From contig JAFGXQ010000045.1 of NCBI GenBank assembly GCA_016936575.1, positions 70,664-134,663 of the forward strand: a stretch of 64,000 nucleotides of DNA, in the 5' to 3' direction. The translations under genes were made by a program, and so were the position numbers. This DNA comes from Deltaproteobacteria bacterium. GTDB lineage: Bacteria; Myxococcota_A; Polyangia; JAAYKL01. The notes under the pieces were generated by a model. The model did not search any database and was not told the DNA's origin. It worked only from the letters and a program-made list of their open reading frames with translations. Each line of letters begins with the position of its first letter. The stretch's first letter is position 1. Of this stretch, positions 1 to 9,038 are shown piece after piece.

Positions 1-1835
1 GATTTTATGGTTTCTTCATCGGCGGGGTGTTCTTCTTTGTACATCTTAAGCGGCATTTTTCCGGTAATCCAGGCCGGATTCATCGGGTATGCCGAAGGTC
101 GGAATACCGCGGAATACAAATGCCACACCACTATGGCCAGTAACGCCAACCAGGCTTCGTAATAATGGATGATTAGCAATACATCGAGCAATCCCTTCGG
201 GAACATGCTCGCGGCGACATTATCTAACATCAGAAAGAAACCGGTCATCGACATAATCGCCGTGCCCCATACCAGGGCCCAGTACTCCGCCTTTTCCACA
301 TAGCTGAAGCGCCCGAACCGCGGATGTTCGCCTTTGCCGGTCACATTGTATTTGACCATCTGCAGCGCCTGAGTGACATCCATCCAGCGAGGCAGCATCC
401 CCTTCATGAAGGAACGGCCTTCCGCCGTGAACAAATAGCCCACATGAACAATGACAGTGAACACAAACACCATCGCCGAACCCCGATGAATCAATCCGCG
501 CATGGGCGCGCCGCCTTCCCATCCGAACAGAATATCCTCCCACCAGCTTCCCGAAAAGCGCAGCGCGAATCCGGTAACGCACAGCACGGTAAACGACAAC
601 ATCAGCAGAGAATGTTGCAGCACTGCCCAGCGGCTCATACGAACCACCTGATGTTTGGCATTGAAATGGTCTGCCAGCAGTTTTCGCAAATCGATGACGA
701 TATACACAATCATCGAACCGATCACCGCGAATATCAATGCGAAGTATATATTTTTCACCAGGTTGGCAATGGGTGTCCGTCCCTCACCGGGAGCCCCGTG
801 CACCGTGGTTTGCGCCATGGCTTCGTGAATATTATTATGACATTTTGAACATGTCTTTTTCAGATTGCTCGGATGAATAGAACTTTCCGGATCACTTTGA
901 GGTAAAATATCGTGATAGCCGTGGCACGACGCGCAATTGGCCACGGTAAGATCCCCCGCCTTGCTTTTCAACCCATGATAGGTGTCCACAAAACTTCTGA
1001 GCCGACCGGTGGGAATATTGAATTTTTCATTCAGCCGCGCGGATTCATGACACGGAGAACAGGTGGCTTCCGCCAATCGGGCGGCGTTCACAGGAGAGCG
1101 GTTGTCGTCGGGCGACAGAATTCCGTGCTCCCCATGACAATCGGTGCAAATCGGCGTATCGGTTTCTCCCCGTGCGGTCAGTTTGCCGTGAATTCCTTTC
1201 CAGTAGGCTTTTGCTTCCTTTTTATGGCATTTTCCGCAGGTATCGGGAATATTGAAGTGATTGATTGACGATGCCGAATCGCCGGGCGACAAAATTCGAT
1301 GTGCGGAATTTCCGGCGGAGTGGCAATCGTTGCATGCGGCAGCCTCGGGTTTCTTACCGTCTTTGGTGGCATGCCCGTGAACACTTTTCAGATATGTTTC
1401 CACCGCATCTGAAAACCAGAGATTATGCTTCTTAATCAACTTCGAATTCTGATGGCATTTCCCGCAGGTGACTGTCATATTCTTGGGGTGAACCTTCGAT
1501 TCGGGATCTGTATGCGGCAAAATTCCGTGTGTGCCGTGGCAATCTTTACACTTGGGTACATCGGCGTCGCCCACTTTACCACGCCCGTGCTCGGTATATG
1601 TCTCGACAGCGTCGTCATGGCAATCTCCGCACGCTACCGCCGCCATCTTCTCGGGATGTTCTCCCTCTTCAAGCACCGCTTCCGTATGACAATCGGTACA
1701 ATCCATGTCCTTATGGATGGAATGGGAATGCGCCTGTTCAATGGACTTCCCGTTGTCGTGGCATTTCAAACATGTCTCATCTGCCGCCGCGTTAAAAGAG
1801 TATAACAACAAAGCGAAAAAGAGATACTTTCTCAT
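1..1835 (-). CDS. Multihaem cytochrome c (11 CXXCH) fused to a C-terminal dihaem cytochrome b (FdnI/HydC-type) membrane domain; CbcL-like. The 3' end runs off the window.
   Basis: Absent from the ORF track because no stop codon is reached before position 1. My own minus-strand translation from the ATG at 1835 gives MRKYLFFALLLYSFNAAADETCLKCHDNGK..., followed by CTDCH, CGDCH, CKDCH, CGKCH, CNDCH, CGKCH, CTDCH, CSPCH, CASCH and CSKCH. Hydrophobic helices with conserved His follow (LQHSLLMLSF, LIHRGSAMVF, VHVGY, IIHYYEAW, VVWHLY). The frame stays open to position 1 (...EEHPADEETIKS). Confidence 0.8.
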   Translation of the reverse strand, partial: MRKYLFFALLLYSFNAAADETCLKCHDNGKSIEQAHSHSIHKDMDCTDCHTEAVLEEGEHPEKMAAVACGDCHDDAVETYTEHGRGKVGDADVPKCKDCHGTHGILPHTDPESKVHPKNMTVTCGKCHQNSKLIKKHNLWFSDAVETYLKSVHGHATKDGKKPEAAACNDCHSAGNSAHRILSPGDSASSINHFNIPDTCGKCHKKEAKAYWKGIHGKLTARGETDTPICTDCHGEHGILSPDDNRSPVNAARLAEATCSPCHESARLNEKFNIPTGRLRSFVDTYHGLKSKAGDLTVANCASCHGYHDILPQSDPESSIHPSNLKKTCSKCHNNIHEAMAQTTVHGAPGEGRTPIANLVKNIYFALIFAVIGSMIVYIVIDLRKLLADHFNAKHQVVRMSRWAVLQHSLLMLSFTVLCVTGFALRFSGSWWEDILFGWEGGAPMRGLIHRGSAMVFVFTVIVHVGYLFTAEGRSFMKGMLPRWMDVTQALQMVKYNVTGKGEHPRFGRFSYVEKAEYWALVWGTAIMSMTGFFLMLDNVAASMFPKGLLDVLLIIHYYEAWLALLAIVVWHLYSAVFRPSAYPMNPAWITGKMPLKMYKEEHPADEETIK

Positions 1836-1963
1836 TATGCCTAATTCCTTTAGCTGTATTTTTGTACAAGACCGCTGCCGATTATTGTACGGCAAAAACT
1901 GATTTATGCAAACGGGATATGGAATACCAACTTCGACGAAGACAGCGCCAGGTTGCGTAAATG

Positions 1964-3121
1964 TTATCTGGCGCTTTTCAATTTGGAAAGAACGGGATTG
2001 GCGTAAATATCCAGCAACAGTTCACGCTGTTCTTCAGCTACCTGCGACAACCGACGCTCCATCTCGGATTTCGTTTCGACATGCCTATCCAGGACGAACA
2101 CCTCTTCATCTTTTCCTACCGGAACATCAGGAACCGTTCCGTATCGCATCTCGTACGCTACCAGATTACTCGGATGAAGCACATAATTTCGCCATATCTG
2201 CTGGTCAACGGCGTCTGCCACCTGCTCCGGGGTTTCGAACTCCCCTGCTACTACTTCACCAAAATGCACATGGACCGCCCCCTTCCTGCCGGTAATCCCC
2301 TGGCCGATACTCTTCAAGTCCTCGTGCTCTTCTTTCTCGTACACGCCGCCGTCCGCTTTGTGACTCAACTCAATCACTTTGGCAACGTCGCAGGGGTCCC
2401 ATTCATAAGAAATCGAAATCGGCACCAACTGAAGCGAGGAAATGAACCCGGACAGCGTTTCAGTTTTGCGGTCCCGACTCATCGACAACATTTTCATGAT
2501 AGCGGGTTCTGTTTTATCGAGACTGTCTTTCGCTCTGCCTTCCCGCTGGGCTATCCAGATAGACTCTCTTTCCTCCAGCAGTGAAAACCGAATATACTCG
2601 GATAGCTTTTTATACGCAGCCAACATCTGACGCCCGATGGCTGACCGATTCACAATGAAGCTCTTATTCAGACGCATCAAATCCGATGCGAACGGCTTCG
2701 AAAGCAGGTTGTCTCCGATGGCAATCCGAACAGTCTCGTGATCATTGTGATACAACGCATAGCTGACAAACGCCGGGTCCAAAGCAATATCCCGATGATT
2801 ACTCATAAACAGATATGCATTCCCCTGCTTCAGGTCATCGATTCCGCCGACCGAAAAATCACTGGTCGTCGACTCTATCATGCGGTCCATATATTTCTTA
2901 ACAATCTGCTGAAAGGACTTTACATCCGCAACGTTGCACAGTTCCTGCCTCAACGCCGCCTTCACAACCGTACGCGCCAGCGGCGGAATAATGGGTTGCA
3001 TCCTGGGCAGCTTCATTTTGGCCACAGTATCGAGCAGCTCTTTATCTGCGATTAGTCGCGCAAGAACGCCATTTACTTCAGTGTCCGCATATGGCCGAAT
3101 ATCATCATAATTTTCCAACAT
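1964..3121 (-). CDS. PlsC-family phospholipid/glycerol acyltransferase-like protein
   Basis: From track ORF 1964..3193. I moved the start to the ATG at 3121, which is preceded by GAAGGAG. It has an acyltransferase-like block FMSNHRDIALDPAFV and downstream IAQREGRAKD. The family call is from motif memory only. Confidence 0.55.
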   Translation of the reverse strand: MLENYDDIRPYADTEVNGVLARLIADKELLDTVAKMKLPRMQPIIPPLARTVVKAALRQELCNVADVKSFQQIVKKYMDRMIESTTSDFSVGGIDDLKQGNAYLFMSNHRDIALDPAFVSYALYHNDHETVRIAIGDNLLSKPFASDLMRLNKSFIVNRSAIGRQMLAAYKKLSEYIRFSLLEERESIWIAQREGRAKDSLDKTEPAIMKMLSMSRDRKTETLSGFISSLQLVPISISYEWDPCDVAKVIELSHKADGGVYEKEEHEDLKSIGQGITGRKGAVHVHFGEVVAGEFETPEQVADAVDQQIWRNYVLHPSNLVAYEMRYGTVPDVPVGKDEEVFVLDRHVETKSEMERRLSQVAEEQRELLLDIYANPVLSKLKSAR

Positions 3122-3319
3122 TCGCTCCTTCGTTTTCGCCGAACCCAAACGAAGGCGAGACCATACCGAAATGATCCCTACGTGTCGCCACAAAAACGCA
3201 CGTCATATTAAAAAACGCGCCTTTTCGAATCATTCACGTCGTGATTTCACCACTTGCGAGCAAACCACATTCTCATGTACGTTACCCACGTATCACGGCG
3301 CAGTCGCAGCGGTTGTGCG

Positions 3320-4834
3320 TTAAATGGATTCTACAACGATTTTATCTTTTTCCGGATCATATACGAAGGTACATCGACTAAGTGCTTGTTTCACTAAAAA
3401 TTTGCGTCCCATAATTGAAATCTGAGTTCCGGGATACACTATTTTGTGTACAACCACCCTGAACTCACAGCACACGAGTCGCTCTCTGGTCTTGGTGGCC
3501 AGCAGCGAGGACAATTCAGTGCGTTTTTTTTGCAATTCTTTCAGTGTGGCCAACACCTTCTCAATGGCGGCCACTTCATTTTCTGATTTTCCGGTGATAT
3601 CGGGCACGCCGTCTTCACATCCCAAAAATCGATTAATCTCCTGAATCGCCTCATTTACCGAAGCGCGCTCAGAGATAATCGCATTTTCGTCTTCTGTACG
3701 CTTTCCCAACTCGATTAGTGTATCCACCTCTTTAGGGCTGCCGATCTCCTTGGCCTCGACCCATTTTGAACACACAATATGCCCGCCTCGGATAATCCCT
3801 TTTCCGGAGGTAACTTTCACATTGTCGCCGGCCAGCACATCGCAGTTGTGCAAATTGTTCGCCACCACTACATCTCCATCGGCTTTCAGCTTCGCGTTTT
3901 GCGCGAACCGGGTGTAAATGGCACCCTTGGCGGTAAAAGACGACTCAATCCCCCCCTGTTTCAGTTCAATATCTCCCCCACTGTAAATAGTCACCTCTTT
4001 CACGGTTTTTCCCACAATTACATTGCCGGACGCACTCACCTCAAACCCGGGCGCCACAGTACCTCGTATTCGAATGGAGCCCGATTCCATGTGAATGTTT
4101 CCTGTATGAAAATCAACGTCTCCCGAATGTTCGAACACTTCGGTGATGCTGAGTACGCTGTGGGCGAATTGGATCATTCCACCGGCAACAGCACGAATTT
4201 CACCGAATTCCGAAATCGACACATTGTCACCAGCCTCGAACACCACATTCTTGCCGGAGCGCGCGGCTACCGCATTCCCAAATACATCGCACCCCGGACG
4301 TCCTTCCGTCGGGAAAGTCATCTTGCCCAGCAACTCACCCTTTTTCACAGTCGCAACAAACCCGCGCTCATGATAATCCACCCGATGATGTTCATCTTCC
4401 TCCCCCACCTGAATATCTGTCTGTATCAGCAGCTTCAGTTCCCCATCCCAACCGTCAATGGGCACAGTGCCTTCAGCCAGCACCAATCGCTCCGACTCGT
4501 CCGCCGATAACACCTTCTGTCGAATCCGGTCAAGCGCGTCTTCCGCAGGCGGAACAACAACAGACGCCGCCTGAAACGCCTGCTCGAGAAGGGGCTGGCT
4601 CAATGGAACACCATCTCCACGCGCATCATACGCCTGTTTCAGGAGAACCTGCATATTGTCATCAGAAACCGTCACCTCGATATGCGCATCCAGGTTTTTC
4701 ACCGCCGCCATGAAAACCCCATGCCCCGCATCCACCAACTCCATATTCTCCGCTGAAACGCCCAACACCGAAGTAGCCTGTTGTAGCGCCGCATCCCTGG
4801 TTTCGGCTTCCACTGTTGCGGTAAACTTATCCAT
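3320..4834 (-). CDS. FapA/DUF342-family protein (beta-helix repeat C-terminal half)
   Basis: A 504-aa ORF with a strong SD (AAGGAGACGGAGG-ATG). It carries repetitive beta-helix-like turns (GNIHMESGSIRIRGTV, SASGNVIVGKTV, SGGDIELKQGG, ADGDVVVANNLHNCDVLAGDNVKVTSGKGIIRGG) and a coiled-coil tail. Confidence 0.7.
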   Translation of the reverse strand: MDKFTATVEAETRDAALQQATSVLGVSAENMELVDAGHGVFMAAVKNLDAHIEVTVSDDNMQVLLKQAYDARGDGVPLSQPLLEQAFQAASVVVPPAEDALDRIRQKVLSADESERLVLAEGTVPIDGWDGELKLLIQTDIQVGEEDEHHRVDYHERGFVATVKKGELLGKMTFPTEGRPGCDVFGNAVAARSGKNVVFEAGDNVSISEFGEIRAVAGGMIQFAHSVLSITEVFEHSGDVDFHTGNIHMESGSIRIRGTVAPGFEVSASGNVIVGKTVKEVTIYSGGDIELKQGGIESSFTAKGAIYTRFAQNAKLKADGDVVVANNLHNCDVLAGDNVKVTSGKGIIRGGHIVCSKWVEAKEIGSPKEVDTLIELGKRTEDENAIISERASVNEAIQEINRFLGCEDGVPDITGKSENEVAAIEKVLATLKELQKKRTELSSLLATKTRERLVCCEFRVVVHKIVYPGTQISIMGRKFLVKQALSRCTFVYDPEKDKIVVESI

Positions 4835-5107
4835 CCTCCGTCTCCTTTTTCAATGCGCCCCCTCTCCTTCATATATAATATCGGCAACTTCCGAGAGAAC
4901 TTGAGTCATCCCCCACCCTGCGGTCTGATTTGGACAACGGCGAAACACCCGTTGCGCCAAAATACCTCACAACAATTATCGTAACTCCACCGCTAAAGTC
5001 GCTGGAAATAATCGCAGAAAAAAAAAACAGATTTGCTGGTATTCTGGTATTGTAGACAGCAATCATCGCCCTGATTATTCAACGAATTTGTGTTGTTTAC
5101 AGGAGAC

Positions 5108-5827
5108 ATGAACTTACTTGGAGTACCACTGATGATTCATAGAATGAATGTACAGGAGGCGGCCGATATCCTTCGAATGCTCCGGCTGAGTATGTGCACA
5201 GCAGTAACGTTCCTTACATTTTCGCTCTCGGCATCCGCGCAGACCACGCAGGCTGAAGCGGCCGTTCCCTCTCCTCCCCTACTTCCCATGCCTGTTCAGA
5301 AACCGACGGCTCAGCACCAAGTGGAAGCTGTGATGGGACGAAATATGGACCGGGAATACCAGCGATATGCCGCAGTTGCGCAATACGCACCGGAACTCGA
5401 TGCCGGGTTCGCTGATTTTCTGTATGACGAGTACACCGCAAAACGCAACTCCGGTATTGTATTGGCCGGAGTCGCCACGCCGCTTGTATTAAGTTTTACC
5501 GCATTGGGTGTAGTTGGACTATATCGTGCCGGTGCACGGGATGAAGGCGGATTCTGCAACCACGAGTACTACGATGAATTCACAGAACAATACGAAACCG
5601 ACTGCAAAGGCGACTATGGAGAAGTGACCGGCATTATCCTCATCTCCACAGTGGGCGGTCTCACAGCAGCCGCGCTGTTCCTGCCGGGGCTGATCAAAAT
5701 CCTAAAATACAATAAACGAATCCGGCGACTGGAACCGCTGGTCGCCGCTCCGACAGCCGCACAGCAGCCGTCCCGATTCACTTTTGGAATGGGCCCTCGT
5801 TCACTCTCTCTGAGCATGCAATTCTAA
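5108..5827 (+). CDS. Hypothetical exported/membrane protein
   Basis: From track ORF 5090..5827. The ATG at 5108 follows AGGAG. It has the signal-like segment LSMCTAVTFLTFSLSASAQ plus two hydrophobic helices. I recognise no family. Confidence 0.4.
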   Translation: MNLLGVPLMIHRMNVQEAADILRMLRLSMCTAVTFLTFSLSASAQTTQAEAAVPSPPLLPMPVQKPTAQHQVEAVMGRNMDREYQRYAAVAQYAPELDAGFADFLYDEYTAKRNSGIVLAGVATPLVLSFTALGVVGLYRAGARDEGGFCNHEYYDEFTEQYETDCKGDYGEVTGIILISTVGGLTAAALFLPGLIKILKYNKRIRRLEPLVAAPTAAQQPSRFTFGMGPRSLSLSMQF

Positions 5828-5937
5828 TTTTCGATACCGCTTGTGCACAACAATTGGCACAGCAATCGGCACGGCAACGGGTTGCGTGACTGTGTGACAC
5901 ATAGTACACTTGGTGGCTACATCACCAGGAGTGCTTT

Positions 5938-6939
5938 ATGAAACCAGGGGTTCCGATATCAATTTTCTGTCTATTGCTTTGCACACAGCCGACACTGGCT
6001 GATGAACCGGACGATGAGGCATCTGCGGCATTCCAGGAGGGCATTCGGTTGTACGAAGCGGGGGAATACCCTCAATCTGCAACCGCGTTTCGCCGTGCCC
6101 ATTCGCTGAAGGCGAACTGGCGCCTTCTGTACAATATCGGTCAAGCGGAAGCCGCATCGAAGCGACCGGGAATTGCGCTGCAATCGTTTGAAGAATATCT
6201 GACAACGGGCGGCGACGATATACCCGAACAACGACGCGCCGAGGTAATGGAAGAAATTCGACGTTTGCGTGAGCTGGTAGGCGCACTTGAAATTGAAGCG
6301 CCCGAAAGCGCCGTAGTGTATATCGATGATGTCGAACGAGGCACAACGCCGTTGCCCGGATCTATCATGATTTCTGCCGGTGCAACGCACCGGGTTCGCG
6401 TTGTGCATAGCAATAAAGCAATTCTGGATAGGACTGTTCGGCTAAGTGGACGACAAACAAAAACATTACATGTGTCAGAAGATGGGCCAGAAGACGACGC
6501 CGCATCTTCGACAGAAGCCCCCTCCCCTTCTTCTGATACAGAAGCCACAGTGAATGAAGCTGCCGAACCAACCCCTGCGAATCCGTTGCCGAAATCAAAG
6601 CTGAAACCTATCGGAATCGCCATTCTGTCCACCGGCAGCGTGGTGCTTGCAGCGGGTATTGTCACTGGAGGGATAGCGCTTTCGAAGGAAAAGGAACTGA
6701 ACAGCATGTGCAACGGTTCTATCTGCTACGACACAAAGGCTGCCGACACGCTCAATAGCCGCGACAGGTTGGCAGTCGCGACCGATATTCTGATTCCCGT
6801 CGGCGCCGTGCTCGCTACGATAGGAGGTATTTTACTCATTGCGAACGCGAAAAAACAGTCTGAACGGGCTGTGCGAATTCAACCTGCGACCGGTAGCCAT
6901 TTCGCCGGTGTGGCACTGCACGGAGAGTTTTCGCTATGA
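5938..6939 (+). CDS. TPR + PEGA-domain protein with C-terminal membrane anchor
   Basis: SD AGGAG. Signal peptide MKPGVPISIFCLLLCTQPTLADE. TPR-like helices (AAFQEGIRLYEAGEYPQSATAFRRA). PEGA-type sandwich (VVYIDDVERGTTPLPGSIMISAGATHRVRV). TM segment IGIAILSTGSVVLAAGIVTGGIAL. Confidence 0.65.
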   Translation: MKPGVPISIFCLLLCTQPTLADEPDDEASAAFQEGIRLYEAGEYPQSATAFRRAHSLKANWRLLYNIGQAEAASKRPGIALQSFEEYLTTGGDDIPEQRRAEVMEEIRRLRELVGALEIEAPESAVVYIDDVERGTTPLPGSIMISAGATHRVRVVHSNKAILDRTVRLSGRQTKTLHVSEDGPEDDAASSTEAPSPSSDTEATVNEAAEPTPANPLPKSKLKPIGIAILSTGSVVLAAGIVTGGIALSKEKELNSMCNGSICYDTKAADTLNSRDRLAVATDILIPVGAVLATIGGILLIANAKKQSERAVRIQPATGSHFAGVALHGEFSL

Positions 6940-7673
6940 TGTTTTCCAAAACAAAAATTGTCTGCCTGATTGTCACCGGATTGCTGTGCGCGTGTCAGGC
7001 AATTCTTGAAAAAGAATACCATATCGTAACCGACTCGGATTCCATTTCGGACACATCGAACGATTCTGACTCCGGGACAGATTCCGAATCAGATCCCGAT
7101 GAGCACGACACCACATCTGACTCTATGGTGGACACGGAAACCGGAAGCGACTCGCTGAGTGCTCCCGGCGAAATAATACTATATGCAACCGACAATGTTC
7201 CCAACTCGCTGGAGGGAAGTCGCAGCGCCGCACGAAGTGTTTGCAGAGATGCTGCCAATGCATTCTTTGGAGAAAATCATACGTATCATATTGAAATGTT
7301 CATTTCCATGTCGGCGGAAGATACAATCGCACTGATGCCGCAAACCTTCGGATTCTCTCATGAGAGTCGAGTAGTGGGACCGAATACGGTAGAGATCGCG
7401 TCTTCGTGGACGGATCTGTTTTCTGGAGATCTGTCAGCCACACTCATGGAGGCGAATGTTACGGGCGGCGAAACCGACACTTATCCGTACTGGTGGAGCG
7501 GCAGCAATTCATCCGGCGGCCTGGCTTCCGCCTGCAGCGGCTGGACCATCACCGACGACACGCAAAATGCCACACTTGGCGCATTGGATTCATATGGCCC
7601 TTCGTGGCTGACGTCAGACACTACCAGTTGCGACGGCTGGTGGCGATTCCTTTGCATCGCCTTTGAGGAATAA
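6936..7673 (+). CDS. Lipoprotein with acidic S/D/T linker and DUF1554-like (endostatin/C-type-lectin-like) C-terminal domain
   Basis: ATGA overlap with the upstream stop. Lipobox LLCAC. Linker DSDSISDTSNDSDSGTDSESDPDEHDTTSD. The C-terminal pattern YWWSGSNSSGG..CSGWT....G...W.....C.GWWRFLCIAFEE resembles DUF1554 as I remember it. Confidence 0.5.
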   Translation: MMFSKTKIVCLIVTGLLCACQAILEKEYHIVTDSDSISDTSNDSDSGTDSESDPDEHDTTSDSMVDTETGSDSLSAPGEIILYATDNVPNSLEGSRSAARSVCRDAANAFFGENHTYHIEMFISMSAEDTIALMPQTFGFSHESRVVGPNTVEIASSWTDLFSGDLSATLMEANVTGGETDTYPYWWSGSNSSGGLASACSGWTITDDTQNATLGALDSYGPSWLTSDTTSCDGWWRFLCIAFEE

Positions 7674-7826
7674 CACACCGAAAACACCGGACACCACAGG
7701 TACAGTAGATTATTGCACAATGATCAGAATACCTGATGTTCGGTGACATCAAAACCACAGAGTGATACACTACCCCCTTCAGAATAATTTCCTGTCTCGG
7801 CGTTGCCGGGCAACCGAACGGAATAG

Positions 7827-9023
7827 ATGATGAGGAACAATTTTCTATTACTTATTTTGGCAACAATTTTACTGTGCGGTACCGGATGTGACGACGGAGG
7901 CTCCGATGTGCGCCCCGGAACCGATGGTGACACAGATTCAGATACCGATGGCGATACGGATTCAGATGCGGATTCGGATACGGATGCTGACACGGATAGC
8001 GACACCGACAGTGATACTGACAGTGATGCAGATACCGATGGTGATACCGATGGTGATACCGATAGTGACAGCGATAGTGACAGTGATACCGACGCCGATA
8101 CCGACAGCAACGCCGACCCTGCTTCACTGATCACACCCATTGAACGAAACGGCGCATACGTACTGGAGTTTGAGTACAATGGAAACACATGGCACCTCGA
8201 AGCCCGACCGGACAACGCCGGCCGAATCGTTTCGTTTCAGCTCAATGACGCCGAAATCATCGCCGACAATACCATCGGCGCGTTGTACGGTTCTGACTTT
8301 CTGATCAGCCCTCAATCCAGCTTTGAAAACAGCAACTGGCCGCCGCCGAGCGATATGTACGCCACGCCGTACACCGCAAGTGCCGACGAAGAGAACGGCA
8401 GCATCACGATGCAAAGCGGCAACATCTCGTATGTGGGGGTAGTTTGGTCCATCACCAAAACCTATTCCGTGGACCTCGACGAAAAAGCGATTGTTCTGGA
8501 ATACACCTTTACCAATGAAGGTTCTGCCCCCCAGAGCGGCGCACCGTGGGAAATCACCCGAGTGCGGAGCGGTGGCTTATCGTTCTTCCCCATGGGGAGC
8601 GGTGCCATTACCTCCGGTCCCAGCTGGTTTACCGAATATCCGAACGAAGAATTGAACGGCACGGTTTGGTGCGATCATAGCGAAATTCAATCCTCCGGCG
8701 ACTATAAACTGTTCACCGACGGGTCGGACGGCTGGCTCGCGCACACCGACGGGACGCTGGTATTTGTAAAAACGTTTGACGACATTCCCGACGGATCTGA
8801 AGCACCAGACGAAGGCGAGATTGAACTGTACGGCAACCCCAACTACGAGGAAGTAGAACAGCAGGGCGCGTATGAATCAGTTCCCGCTGGCGAATCCGCT
8901 ACCTGGACAGTGAAATGGTACCTTCGTGACTTGCCGGTCGATGCCTCTGCCTCCGCAGGCGATACCCCCCTGCTCAATTTCGTTGAAGCCATCGCCCTGG
9001 GTGACGGCGGAAACACGTTCTAA
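7827..9023 (+). CDS. Lipoprotein with X-Asp repeat tether and a ~300-aa beta-rich domain of unknown function (possibly mutarotase/DUF4380-like)
   Basis: Lipobox LCGTGC. Residues 33-93 alternate strictly as X-D. The globular part ([36 protein letters not shown]...) could not be placed with confidence. Confidence 0.55.
   Translation: MMRNNFLLLILATILLCGTGCDDGGSDVRPGTDGDTDSDTDGDTDSDADSDTDADTDSDTDSDTDSDADTDGDTDGDTDSDSDSDSDTDADTDSNADPASLITPIERNGAYVLEFEYNGNTWHLEARPDNAGRIVSFQLNDAEIIADNTIGALYGSDFLISPQSSFENSNWPPPSDMYATPYTASADEENGSITMQSGNISYVGVVWSITKTYSVDLDEKAIVLEYTFTNEGSAPQSGAPWEITRVRSGGLSFFPMGSGAITSGPSWFTEYPNEELNGTVWCDHSEIQSSGDYKLFTDGSDGWLAHTDGTLVFVKTFDDIPDGSEAPDEGEIELYGNPNYEEVEQQGAYESVPAGESATWTVKWYLRDLPVDASASAGDTPLLNFVEAIALGDGGNTF
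7923..8105 (+). repeat. In-frame (GAY-NNN)n repeat encoding 61 aa of alternating Asp-Ser/Thr/Gly/Ala
   Basis: Direct reading of the sequence: [61 protein letters not shown]. Confidence 0.9.
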
Positions 9024-9038
9024 GCACACAGCATCCGG

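Noticed and set aside
220-1805. Track ORFs 220..582(-), 324..848(+), 912..1268(+), 1178..1384(-), 1425..1805(+), 1529..1795(+)
   Set aside because: All overlap the long minus-strand frame, which encodes 11 CXXCH motifs plus a cytochrome b domain. They are low-complexity or odd-composition shadow ORFs of that gene.
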